In this document: one piece after another, positions 47,711 to 60,339 of the stretch
How the letters are laid out: each line of letters opens with the position of its first letter
Position numbering within the stretch: position 1 is the first letter of the stretch
NCBI RefSeq assembly: GCF_020745735.1
Contig: NC_083401.1
Location: forward strand, 84,441,740 to 84,505,739
Origin: Hemiscyllium ocellatum
Lineage: Eukaryota
Direction of reading: 5' to 3'
Length of the DNA stretch: 64,000 nt
Made by a program: the position numbers and the translations under genes
The notes under the pieces: generated by a model
Databases searched by the model: none
Told to the model about the DNA's origin: nothing
Seen by the model: only the letters and a program-made list of their open reading frames with translations

Positions 47711-49015
47711 TTATGTATCTTCTCTGAAATCACAAACATCATACCCTCGCCAAAAGGCTACACTCCCTGCCTCGCTGCTGCTCCCTTCCCCGCTCTCACC
47801 CCTCTCCTCCCTAGGTTGCATTCCCCTTCCCTGCTCTGCAGCCCCTCTCCTCCCCAGGCTGCGGCCCCCTGGGAGGAGAGGGGCGACAGAGTGGGAAAGG
47901 AGGTTGCAGCCTGGGGAGGAGAGGGTTGCAAATATATAAGGTATTGGCAAGACCGCAGCTAGAGTACTGCATACAGGTGTTGTAATTACGTTGGATAGAG
48001 TTCAGAAAAGGTTCACTAGATTAATTTTGTAAATCACAATATGTACTTTCTACAAGATCCAAAAATTCACCAAAGGTCCTGACACAGCACCTTTCAAACT
48101 CTCAACTACTTTCACCTAGAAGGACAAGGACAGCAGATTCACAGGGGCATCGCCACCTGCAAGTTCCCCTCCAAGCCATTCGCTATCCTGACTTGGAAAT
48201 ATATCACTGTTCCTTCACTGTTGCTGGGTCACAATCCTGCAATTCCCTCCCCAGAATGTTTCCCCTTGTGGGGCTATATAGAATGAGAGATCATAGTTGT
48301 AGGCTGAGGTGTGGCAGATTTAAAACAGAATTAGGAGGAATTACTTCTCTCAAAGGGTTATGAGTCTGTGAAACCTACTATCTGAGTGCAGTGGACACTG
48401 AATAAATTTGAGGAGATAGATCACTCTTTTACTAGTAATGGGTTAAAGGGTTATCTGGTGTGAGCAAGAAAGTGGAGTTTGAGGCTGAGATGAGATCAGC
48501 TGTGATTGTATTAAATGTGGAGTGTGAACTAGAGTGGCTGAATTCCCTACTCCAGTTCCTAGTTCTTATAGTTATGCCCTCTGATCCTACATTTTTTATT
48601 TATCTTTGAAATAATAAGGGCTGGTACATTATTTTTCATAAGATGTCCCTTAAACTTTTGCAACTCTCAATATAAATCGTTGTGCGTTTCTAATTTTTGT
48701 TCCTACTTATCCTGTCATACTAAGAATCAGGCTCCTGTCTCTTCGATCTACCCTATTTTATATGGGGATTCTTTCTTTGTGATATGGTGACTACTGGGAA
48801 ACAAATTTTGTATTTAAGTTGAGGCACACATGACTTTATAAAATATGTCAAACACCTTTCTGTTGTAACCACATGGATTGATATAATGCATGTCGCTGGA
48901 TTTGGTATTTAAACAACCTTTTCTTCTTAGCATGTGATCAACACATCATGTGTTATGTATGAGAAAGCTTATTCTATTTATTGATTTATTTTTCCACTTC
49001 TCTTTGCTTTTGCAG

Positions 49016-49088
49016 CTTAGTCTGTGCAGTCAGCTATACCACACAAGCTGGAGAGAAGATGTACTTTAGAAAGTTCTTCAAATTTCAG
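49016..49088 (+). CDS. TRAPPC13: TRAPPC13 exon 6
   Basis: tgcag| [24 protein letters not shown] |gtagta; 73 nt. Confidence 0.97.
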
Positions 49089-51847
49089 GTAGTACCTGTA
49101 AATTTAGGACTAAACTCTTCTTTTAAAATGTATAGAAACAAAAGAATTGTGGTCAACTTTTTATTTTTCATATTTTTTTTGAATGATTTTTAAAATTGAC
49201 CAATTTCTAAACTGAAGATTTGGTCAACTATTCATTGACATTTTTCACAATATGCTCAAAATTGAGTGATTAAAGATGCTACACAAAGCATTCGAATTAC
49301 TGTTTCTTTGTTGATCAAAGTTGAGCAAATATTTTTTCACAAAAATCTTTGGTGTTATCGGAGTTTAATAGATTGAAATAAAATAGGATATTCAAGCTGA
49401 ACAGAAGTTGTTGGCAAAACAAGCTTTTCTTCCCCCTCACTTAAAATACATGCTTTAGTCTGAAACAAATTAGAATATATTCATTTAGAAATTAGTTGTT
49501 GACGTAATCACGTGATGTTATAGATCTGGATAATTCAGATCATGTTAATCCACAACACACAACAATACTGCACCTCTGCGCTGTTCTCCCCTAGCATGTT
49601 CTTAAATGTGTCCAGGATTTTCACCTCCACCAGTCATCCTGGAAGCTCACTGTAGTATCACTGTCCTTCAAATACTACTTCCTTTATACTAGTTCTAAAG
49701 TTAGAATTTATTAGGGTTGAGCTGTGGTTTTCCAACAGTAACAGTTCACACTTGTATGGACACTTTATCATAGTATAATATCTTGAGTTGATTTACAGAA
49801 GTGTTATTGAATAAAAGATTATGCCAAACCACTTAAAGAAGTATTTGGTGGATGAGGCAAAACCAGATTGTAGAGGGAATTCTTAAAAAAGCTTTTTAAA
49901 TTGAACAGATTTACTGGCTGTAATATAGGCATCCATTGTTAACTATTAGCAACTGCAGAAATATGGTTCCCCTCAATTCTCATGGAGTAGCATATGCTAC
50001 ACTCTTCCATTACAATCCAGCTAGGGATCCAATACAGATTCAGTGAGGAGGCTATAACAGCATGCTGGGAGCAACATTAAGTGTATGTTAAAAACAAGTG
50101 AAACTACTTCACAGCTTTACACATGCCAAACAGAAAAAGCGCCATGCTACAGATAAAGCTAAATGATTCCATTACCAGAAAATGGAATTAAACTCTGCAG
50201 TTCCTTTTGGAAAGTGTGACTGTTGGTCTCAATTAAATAACTAAGAAGAGGAGATGGCTCCATGAACATTCACATCCTCAACAACATTGAGATTCCTTCA
50301 CTCCTCCCCTCACAAAAAAACCACCTGACATCACTACAAAAGACTAAGCTGAACAGTTTGCAATCACCTTCACCCAGAAGTGCAAAAAGGATGAACATCC
50401 TCCGCCTTCCTCCTGAGGACCCATAGAAGCCGATTCACCCCATATATAAAACTGATGTTGACCTCAAGACATTAACACCAACAGCTATCCAGAATATCCT
50501 GTAAACCTCAGTTGTTTTTGGCATGTTTAGTATCAAAGTAAAATCTATCATTTTCTCATTCTAATCCTTCTCCCAGCACACGCCTACCATTATTTTCTGC
50601 TTTGCATTAATTGCAATAGATTCCTATTTATAAGTGAATTGGGGAAAGAGTTCAATGAAAACTTCAAAAGATAATTTCAAATCAAATGTGAGGTTTAATA
50701 AGATTACTTGAACCTTATTGGCTTAATAATAAATCAAATATTCTGTGTGAAAATTATATTCAACATTATACTTCAAGGCAGTGAGGCTGAATTTAAATGT
50801 TTCAACCAGTGATAAACTAGAAATCTTACTAACAAGGGCCCAGATGGTCCAATCTGATTGGAGACCCTCTCTTCCATCTCTGGACAAAACGCAAGCACTT
50901 ACTTTTGGACAGGTTCTCTGTGCAGCACACTGACATCACAGGGAATCCGTAAATTTGTGAATTGATTGATTGTGGAGCAGCTACAACTAGGGACCAAGTT
51001 TCAACTCCAGTAATCTTGAAAACCAGAAATGTCTAAAAAGCAGAGGCCAAGTAAGAATATATAGGCACAGGAAAGAGAGTTGGTTTGTGGTAAGGATGAG
51101 AAATTTATACTTAGTGCACAATCAAGTGAAGAACTGGCAACTGTACAGATGGTTTGCAACTGAACAGAGCCAGAATGGCGTTTCTTATGAGTATTTTGCT
51201 GGTGCTGTTGGGGAGGGTTTAAACTAACTCAACAGGAATGTCAGAACAAGCAGAGAAGATTAGAAAATAATACTAGAGTGTACAAAACACTGGGAGAGAC
51301 AGAACTAGAATCGAGAATATTAAGTTAAGGGGTGAAGTCAGAGCGAGAGAGAAAGTAATGAAGTCTAAATCATTATGCTACATATATATGATTAGGGAGT
51401 TGTAGCCATGTTGCCAGGTGAGATTATGATGCTGATATAGCTATTAACTGTGACTGGTTGCAAGGTGTTTAGGAAATGTATAAAAAGAAGAAAAGCAAGG
51501 TTTGTTTTGGAGAAAACACTGGAGTAAGAGGATGTCCCAGAGGATTCAAGGAAAAGAATCGATCTCCCTAGAGGTAAGGAACCAAAAAGGTACAATTACA
51601 ATGCTTGGTGTAATCCATAGACCATGTGAGAAGGGCGTAGATGAACAAATCTGCAAGGATGCTGTAATTAAGTGCAAACATACCATAGAGTATTTATAAG
51701 GTGAGACTTTATTGACCGAATATAGACTATGTTAGTGGTAGTGTAAAGAACAACAGTACAATTGTATTTGCAAATTATCCAACAAGAAAGAACTATAAAA
51801 GAGCCAGGTTAGACTTGGTTGTTGAGATTGACATTGATCAAGTAGAG

Positions 51848-52316
51848 CAAGGATGTTGCCACGTTTGGAGGATTTGAGCTACAGGGAGAGGTTGATAGGC
51901 TAGGGCTATTTTCTCTGGAGCTTCGGAGGCTGAGGAGTGACCGTATAGAGGTTTATAAAATCATGATGGGCGTTGATAGGATAAATAGACAAAGTCTTTT
52001 CCCTGGGATGAGGGAGCCCAGAACTAGAGGGCATAGGTTTAGGGTGAGAGGGGAAGGATATAAAAGAGACCTAAGGGGCAACTTTTTCATGCAGAAGATA
52101 GTAAGTCTATGGAATAAGCTGCCAGAGGAAGTGGTGGAGGCTAGTACAATTGCAACATTTAAGAGGCATCTGGATGGGTATATGAATCGGAAGGGTTTGG
52201 AGGTATATAGGCCAGGTGCAGGCAGGTGGAACTAGATTGGGTTGGGATATCTGGTCAGCATGGACGAGTTGGACCGAAGGGTCTGTTTCCATGCTGTACA
52301 TCACGATGACTCTATA
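51848..52316 (+). mobile_element. Young CR1 (HER1-like) 3' end
   Basis: Closely similar to 7330-7798. Confidence 0.92.
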
Positions 52317-53750
52317 AGTGATGGTGGAGAAATCTTTTAGGTGACAATGATCATTGTATCACAAAATTGGGGATGTTATTGGTAAATGATAAAGAATATA
52401 GAGCAACAAATAATTAACTAGTGGACAACTGACTTCAATGGGGCAAGAATGAAGTTAGGCTGTATAGATTGAAACCAAACGTTGGGCAAAGCAGTAGCTG
52501 CGTTATGAATCATTTTCAAAGAAAAAATGGCTTGGGTACGAGCAAGGTATATTTCCTCAAAAGAGAAAAGGAGGGCAAACAAATCCAGAGCTTCCTCAAT
52601 AAGAAATGAGATAGAAATTTAAGTTAAGGATGAAAAAGTGTGTTATGACAAGTGTCACATGGAAGATATGACTGAGAACCAAGCTAAATACAGAACATTC
52701 CAAAGGGAGCAAATAAGAGAAGTGAAGAGGGATTATAAATAAAAACTGATAAGTAACACAACATGAAATCCAAAGTCTTTGGTATGCGTTTTAATAGTAA
52801 AGAGGTCATAAAAGGAGGAGTAGACTGATTAGGGAATAAAAAGATGATTTGAAGAAGGAAGAAGACATGCCTCAGGTGTTAAATGAATAAGTTGCATCTG
52901 TCAATATTTCTGAAGTGGATGTTCCTGAGGCCATAGTGACAGAGGAAGAAATGCCTTCATAAGAAGTGTTTAAATTGATAAAGATGGGAATTTTGAATAA
53001 ACCATCAGTTCTCAAAGTTGACAAGGCATCAGGTGATATGCATCCAAGGGAATTGAGGAGATGAGAGTAGCAATTGCAGAGGCACTAATAATAACCTTCA
53101 ATCTTCCTGTGATTCGAGTGTGATGCCAGAGGTTTGGAAAATTACAAACATTAGGCCCTTGTTCATAAAATTTGTAAAAGATAAGCCCAACATTTAGAGA
53201 CCAGTCAGTTTAACTTCAGTGCTGGGGAAACTTCTAGAAACAATTATCCAGGATAGGATTAATAGTAAAACGGAAAAATATGAGTTAATTCAGAAAAGGA
53301 TTTGTTGAAAGAAAATTGTGGCTAACTAAGTTGCTGAAGTTTTTTGAAGCGACAGTAGAGAGGTCAATGAGGACAATAATGTTAATGTGGTATACATAGA
53401 CTTCCACAAGGCATCTAATACAGTGCTACATAATAGACTTGTAAGAAAAGTAAGAGCTCAGAATATAAGAGATCGTAACAATGACCTTACAAAATTTGTT
53501 AAGTGATAGGAAACGGGGTAATGGTTAATGGATTTTGGTTTGGAGAAAGATATGTACTGGAGTCCCCTGGGCATCAGATTTGGAAACTTTGTTTTTTATG
53601 ACATATATAGATGATCTAGATCTTGTGTGGGGGACAATTTCAAGTTTGTGGATGTTACAAAACTTGGGAGCATTGTAAACTGAGGAGGACAATGCAAAAC
53701 ATCAAAAGAGTATTTGCAAGTCGGTGGAGAGGTTGATGGGTGGCCAGTGA

Positions 53751-54062
53751 CATACAGAATGAAAACAGGCCATTCAGCCTAACAAATCCACACAAACCCT
53801 CTGAAGAGCATACCACCCAGACCTATCCCCTTACCCTACCGTCTTGCATTTCCCATGGCGAACACACACAGCCTACATATCCCTGAACACTATGCGTAAT
53901 TTAGCATGTCCAATCCACCTAACTCGCACTTTTTGGACTCTGGGAGGAAACCGGAGCACCCAGTAGAAACCCACACAGATAGGAGGAGAATGTGCAAACT
54001 CCACACAGACAGTCGCCTGAGGGTGGATTTGAACCCGAGTCCCTGGCATTATGAGGCAGCAG
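53751..54062 (-). mobile_element. V-SINE (HE1-like)
   Basis: V-domain core gggaggaaaccggagcaccc...gtgcaaactccacacagac. Confidence 0.88.
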
Positions 54063-54863
54063 TTCAGTGTTGAGAAGTGTGAGGTCATGCATTTGTCTAC
54101 AAATAACATGGAGAGACAGTACAAAATAATTGGAGTGATTCTGAAGGATGTGAAAGAACAGAGAAACCTGAGTGTATATGTACAGAAGTCATTCAAGGTA
54201 AGATGGCAGGTAGAGAGAGCAGCCATATGGTATTCTAGATACAGTTCAGAAGATGTTTTGGACTCTGTCAAAATCTGTTTAGTTTCAGTTAGGTAGTTCT
54301 GCCACATTCTTAGCTGAATGTACAAAGCAGTTGCTCCTGAGAAAGGCATAGAAGTGTTTAGCATTGTTTAAAAAAAGATTACCTCAGAGTAAAGAGTTTA
54401 GTAACAGTTCCAAACTGGAAATGGTTGGTCAAAATCCTCAAGGAGGATTTGAAGCTGTGAAATTCCATGTTTTGTTGTGTGAAGACCCCAAGAAGAGGTT
54501 TTTAAATTCTCAAGATAGAGGAGTTAAAACCCTAGTTAAATTAAGCCCTATAGCTGTGATGGAGAAGGACACACTCTGATGTGAGTACTGTAAAGGGGTG
54601 CTTTTGGAGTTAATAAGATTTTTTTTATTGTGTATTTCAAAATCTTTAAACGTATGTCGTGTGTAAATAGTTTGGCTAATTCTATTCTATGTTAATTTAT
54701 TTTGTTTATTTGTTAAAGCTGTCTGCAGTGATGCATACTAATAAGGGAGTAGGTTAGCAGATGGGTGTTGATGGTAGACTTTCACGCAAGCAGGGTGACA
54801 GATTGGTAGACTGGCAGTAGAAGAGTTAGAGTACCAGCTAATTGGTGAGAGGATAGGGTAGGT

Positions 54864-56893
54864 CATAGAACATAGAACATTACAGCGCAGTACAGGCCCT
54901 TCGGCCCTCGATGTTGCGCTGACCTGTCATACCAATCTGAAGCCCATCTAACCTACACTATTCCATGTACGTCCATATGCTTGTCCAATCACGGCTTAAA
55001 TGTACATAAAGTTGGTGAATCTACTACCATTGTAGGCAAAGCATTCCATACCCATGCTACACTCTGCATAAAGAAACTATCTCTGACATCTGTCCTATAT
55101 CTATCACCCATCAATTTAAAGCTATTCCCCACATGCTCGCCGTCACCATACTTGGAAAAAGGCTCTCCCTGTCCACCCTATCTAACCCTCTGATTATCTT
55201 ATATGTCTCCATTAAGTCACCTCTCAACCTTCTTCTCTCTAACGGAAACAGTCTCAAGTCCCTCGGCCTTTTCTCGTAAGGCCTTCTCTCCATACCTAGT
55301 AAATCTCCTCTGCACCCTTTCCAAAGCTTCCACATCCTTCTTATACTGTTCCGACCAGAACTGTACACAATATTCCAAGTGAGGCCGCACTAGAGTTTTG
55401 TACAGCTGTAGCATAACCTCATGGTTCCGGAACTCGATCCCTCTATTAATAAAAGCTAAAACACTGCATGCCTTCTTAACAACCCTAGGTAATAACAATG
55501 ACTGCAGATCTGGAAACCAGATTTTTCCAGATGAAGGGCTTTTGCCCGAAACGTCGATTTTACTGCTCCTAGGAAGCTGCCTGAACTGCTGTGCTCTTCC
55601 AGCACCACTAATCCAAATTCTTAACAACCCTGTCAACCTGGGTGGCAACTTTCAAGGATCTGTCTACCTGGACACAGATCTCTCTGCTCATCTACACTAC
55701 CAAGAATCTTACCATTAGCCCAGTACTTTGCATTCCGGTTACTCCGACCAAAGTGAATCACCTCACATTGGTCCGCATTAAACTCCATTTGCCACCTCTC
55801 AGCCCAGCTCTGCAGCTTACCTCTGTCTCTCTGTAACCTACAACATCCTTCGTCACTATCCACAACTCCACCGACCTTAATGTCGTCTGCAAATTTACTA
55901 ATCCACCCTTCTATGCCCTCATCCAGGTTGTTTATAAAAATGATGAACAGCAGTGGACCCAACACCGACCCTTGGTAACTGGACTCCAGGATGAACCTTT
56001 CCCATCAACCACCACCCTCTGTCTTCTTTCAGCAAGCCAATTAATGATCCAAACTCAATCCCATTCCTCTGCATTTTGTACAATAGCCTACTATGGGGAA
56101 CCTTTTCGAACGCCTTGCTGAAATCCATATACACCAAATCAACCGGTTTACTCTCATCTACCTGTTTGGTCACCTTCTCAAAGAACTCAATAAGGTTTGT
56201 GAGGCACTACCTACCCTTCACAAAACCGTGCTGACTATCTCTAATCAAATTATTCTTTTCTAGATGACTATAAATCCTATCTCTTATAACCTTTTCCAAC
56301 ACTTTACCAACAACTGAAGTAAGACTCACCGGTCTATAATTACCAGGATTGTCTCTACTCCCCTCTTGAACAGGGGAACCACATTTGCTATCCTCCAATC
56401 TTCTGGCACTATTCCTGTAGACAATGACGATTTAAAGATCAATGCCAAAGGCTCGGCAATCTCCTCCCTGGCTTGAGGATCCTAGGATAAATCCTATCTG
56501 GCCCAGGGGATTTATCTATTTTCACACTTCAGAATTTCTAATACCTCTTCCTTGTGAACCTCAATCACACCTAGTCTAGTAGCCTGTATCTCAGTAATCT
56601 CCTCGACAACATTGCCGTTTTCCAGAGTGAATACTGTCGAAAAATATTCATTTAGTGCTTCCCCTATCTCCTCTGACTCCACACACAACTTCCCACTACT
56701 ATCCTTGATTGGCTCTAATCTTACTCTTGTCATTCTTTTATTCCTTAAATACCTATAGAAAGCCTTAGGGTTTACCCTGATCCTATCCGCCAGCAACTTC
56801 TCATGTCTCCTTTTGGCTCTTCAGAGCTCTCTCTTTAGGTCTTTCCTGGCTACCTTGTAACCCTCAAGCATCCTAACTGAGCCTTCACATCTC
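54864..56893 (-). mobile_element. CR1 LINE RT pseudogene, same subfamily as 37397-40041
   Basis: Colinear high similarity; FADDIK, YRPVSLTS, QHGFVKGR. Confidence 0.95.
55487..55617. mobile_element. Family-A HHR element with 14-bp TSD inside CR1
   Basis: TSD ttcttaacaaccct at 55473-55486 and 55618-55631. Paralogous LINE at about 38024 shows the empty site. Core has U4>A (CAGAUGA). Confidence 0.85.
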
Positions 56894-57275
56894 ACAGTGG
56901 TTTGGGGGGGCATTAAGTGTGGGTCCAAATGGAGAGGTTGGTTTTGTGTACTGTGGCAGTTGGTGTGGGTAGTGTTTGGAGTGAGGGTATGAGCAGTTAG
57001 GTGAGATCTGCCCTGGGCAGTAGGGTCTAACATTTTATGTTCTATGGCAATGATTATTTAGTTAGTGTGTCAGAGTGTCTGCATGGACCAATCAATAATC
57101 CCTCTAAGTTGCATGGCTGCATCACCCACAGCTGCTTTGATAGTCCATGTGCAGGGTTGGATGCGCATCTGCCTTTCATAGCATTAATTTCCAGTTCCTG
57201 AAGTCTCTGCCACTCGCTGGTCTTGGAGATCCATGCAGAATAAAAGGAAATTAGCTGGAACACGGTGCCAGTGCA

Positions 57276-57431
57276 CATAGAACATAGAAAAATACAGCGC
57301 AGTACAGGCCCGTTGGCCCTCGATGTTGCGCCGATCCAAGCCCACCTAACCTACACTAGCCCACTATCCTCCATGTGCCTATCCAATGCCCGTTTGAATG
57401 CCCATAAAGAGAGAGAGTCCACCACTGCTAC
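57276..57431 (-). mobile_element. CR1 3' tail fragment
   Basis: Matches the tails at 37397 and 54864. Confidence 0.8.
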
Positions 57432-57924
57432 ATCTTCCATGTTACCTGTTGTCCAACCATCTGGATAGCTAAGGTCTGGCCCACATCATAAATAACTGAT
57501 ATAAACCCAATTTGAAGGGATTAAGGCTGAAATGGACTTATACACCTCTGCAGACTCCATGGTAACCACAACCAATGCAGAGCAGTAATTAACAAAGCCC
57601 GCCGAAGTTGAACCATAGTCCTGAAAGTAATATAAAAGTCTGAGTAAGTTCTGAACAAACTATATCTCGTATTTCTCTGAACACATCCACATGTAACCCA
57701 AGAGAAACGTGCAGCAAGTACACTGGGTTGTGGAGATGACACAAAGGCTACTCCTTGGTATCTGGATTCCTAATTACTTTAAATTGCCTGTTAATCTTGC
57801 AGTAATACATAATTACCTCAAATATTTTCTTCAGTGACCTAGTAAATTGGAAGCAACAATGAATTTCGGTTTTATCAAGCAGAGGCTCCAAAGTTACAGT
57901 AAATGGAAAATTATGGAATGAATG

Positions 57925-58292
57925 TACATTTCTCCAGCTTCCTCATTTCCCCTCACCCCACCTTATCTCAGTCCCAACCCCCAGATTTAGCACCACCCTC
58001 TTGACCTGCAATCTTCTTCCCGACCTCTCTGTCCCCACCCCCTCTCCGGCCTATCACCCTCACCCTCACACTCACCTCCTTCCACCTATCATATTCTCAG
58101 CACCCCTCCCCCAAATTCCCTTCCCCCTATCCTTTATCTCAGCCCGCTTGGCACACCAGCCTCATTCCTGAAGAAGGGCTTATGCCCGAAACGTCGATTC
58201 ACCTGCTCCTCGGATGCTGCCTGGCCTGCTGTGTTTTTCCAGTACCGCATTTTTCAACTCTGGTCTCCAGCATCTGCAGTCCTCACTTTCTC
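57925..58292 (+). mobile_element. Penelope-like element 3' fragment (family A)
   Basis: Reverse-complement homologue of 11950-12305; C-rich tract plus terminal sequence. Confidence 0.9.
58164..58199 (+). ncRNA. Minimal hammerhead ribozyme motif (family A), intact core, sense to TRAPPC13
   Basis: AUUC-CUGAAGA-A-GGGC(UUAU)GCCC-GAAA-CG-UC-GAUU; predicted scission after C58195. Confidence 0.7.
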
Positions 58293-59178
58293 CACATTTT
58301 CCAGGATCCTGCCATTGATCTTAATTAAAGTTTGTGCATTGAAACTGTTTAGAAGGGGACCATATATTTCCAGGTGTTCAGTGAAAGGTTCATTTTCCCA
58401 AATTCTTTGGAGAAGGTGTCGAAAATGACTGGAATCCATATGCATAAATGAAGCTCTGTAACTGAGGTTGAAGAGCTTTTGGAGTGAAGGCAGCATAATT
58501 TTCACTTCTGTAAATTATCTTCACATCTGTGGGTAGTTTAGAGGTGAATTACAATATTGCAGTGAGGAAAATGGAACAAAGTTTTGCTTCAATGACACAG
58601 CCCAGGCTTCACTGAGAAGGTTTCTAGTGACTCCATTGGTGAGAATTACAGTTTGCATGTCATTGTGGAGCAGATTGAAGATGGTACCAAATTTATGAGG
58701 GTAACCAAAATTGAATAGTGACTTCCATAAGACTTCACAGTTGAGAGAATCAAAGGCTTTCTTAAGATCAAAAAGAAAGTGTAGCAGTTTGTGCTATTTT
58801 CCCTGTATTTTTCTTGAATTTGCTTTACAGTGAAGATCCTTGAAAACTTGCTCCCCAGGATTGGCATGTAGTTTATAGGTCTGACACTTGACTCTACTTG
58901 GAACTCAGTTACAATAGGAAACTCCCGAGGACAGTGAATAATTTCAGGGATACTTTGAGAACATCCCTAAGATGTCAACTGTACTCACTGACTTGAAGAA
59001 GTCCCTGTTTTGAGCCATTAAAGGTAGTGCACAAACCTTGAAGCAATCCATTTACTCAACCCTTCACGCACCATCTGCCCCACACGTGGCAACCATTCTG
59101 AGGGATTGGCTTTAAAAAAGGACTTAATTACCATTTGTGGATACGTGGTTAAAGTTAATGAGTAATTTTAAAAGGATA

Positions 59179-59395
59179 CAGGTTGTTCTGATATAATGTG
59201 CCTTTTGTTAATGCAAATTTGTTGTAACACGATTGACAAAGTGGGGACACAGTTTCTAAAGCGCAAACTTTTAAAACGTGTTGGCTGTAATGCAATTATA
59301 TTGCTGACACTTTAAGTGCTGTTTCTAAAGCGCAGTTTTTCTGTAATATGGGCTTGCACAAGATTGCTACCATCATGTTATAGAAGAATTGACTG
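59179..59395. mobile_element. Tigger/pogo-like MITE
   Basis: TA|CAGGTTGTTCT...AGAATTGACTG TIRs; second copy at 36211. Confidence 0.6.
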
Positions 59396-60294
59396 TTGGA
59401 TTAGAATGTAACATTATTTTGCAGCAATGACATTGCAGTCATAGCTGTTGGAAAAGTTCAAACATTCATTTGAGGTCTGTGCTATGGCTGGTTCTGATGT
59501 ACATGATTGAGGTGCTTTGAATTTCATAAACCTTGTTTAAAATTATAACTTAAATTCTTTGGGTGTATTCTAAGTAATTATTTATATGAATTGATGTGAA
59601 CTTTGAAGCATTTAAAATGACAGAAAATTGAAAAGTATTGGTGCTGTTATAGGACTTGATAGAGTAATCATAGTAAAGCGATGATTGCTTGCATTTCTTT
59701 CTTCCAGTTTATAGATATGTTGCGAGAAACAAATGGCAGACTGCCACAGCTGAGGTTATATAAATCGGGGATTATGTTGTGTTAATCTATTAGTGGGTAA
59801 TACCTTTACTGTTCAATTAGAGCAATGGTTCTGGTGCTTCATTCTGTATTTTCAATCTTTGAACAACACCAACAATGAATACTAGTCTAAAGGGAAAGGT
59901 ATTTGACATCTTCTGGTCAGAGGCTGTTGTGAAATTAGCAGATTGGTCCAGAATTTTAACACAAGCTGAAAGCTAAATCAGTATGCTCGGCATTAAACTT
60001 ATAAATCTGTAACATTTTCTTTGACGAGATTTTGTTTTTAAAAGTCTTCAAAGTCACATGACTCCGAACATTTTATGAAATGACCAGGCTTTCATTTGTA
60101 GAAGTGAACACTTTGTATCTTATCTAATAATCTTTTGTATATTCTCTACCGTCAATCAGTTCTACATAGGCTTTACTTTCAACAAACTAGTGGTAACGGA
60201 CTCTTTGCTTCTGAGATGGCATCTTACGTTAACAGTCCTGATGGATAATCTAGCTGAGAAAACTGTCTTCAGCTTGCATTCTCTGTTCACACAG

Positions 60295-60339
60295 GTTCTT
60301 AAACCACTCGACGTAAAGACCAAGTTCTACAATGCTGAA
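60295..60339 (+). CDS. TRAPPC13: TRAPPC13 exon 7 (gene continues beyond window)
   Basis: acacag| VLKPLDVKTKFYNAE |gtaagt; 45 nt. Confidence 0.96.

Larger units (their letters stand above)
45460..48575 (+). mobile_element. Decayed CR1-clade LINE with nested inserts
   Basis: Remnant DWKNANVT.LF.K, RPVSLTSIVGK, LTNLLEFF motifs; interrupted at 47012-47925. Confidence 0.75.
50940..54250 (+). mobile_element. Decayed long CR1 LINE (ORF1 end through RT) with nested younger CR1 and SINE
   Basis: ORF1-end-like gctgttggggagggtttaaactaa at about 51204-51227, EN remnant LGVIHRP, RT remnant RPVSLTSVLGK. Confidence 0.7.
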
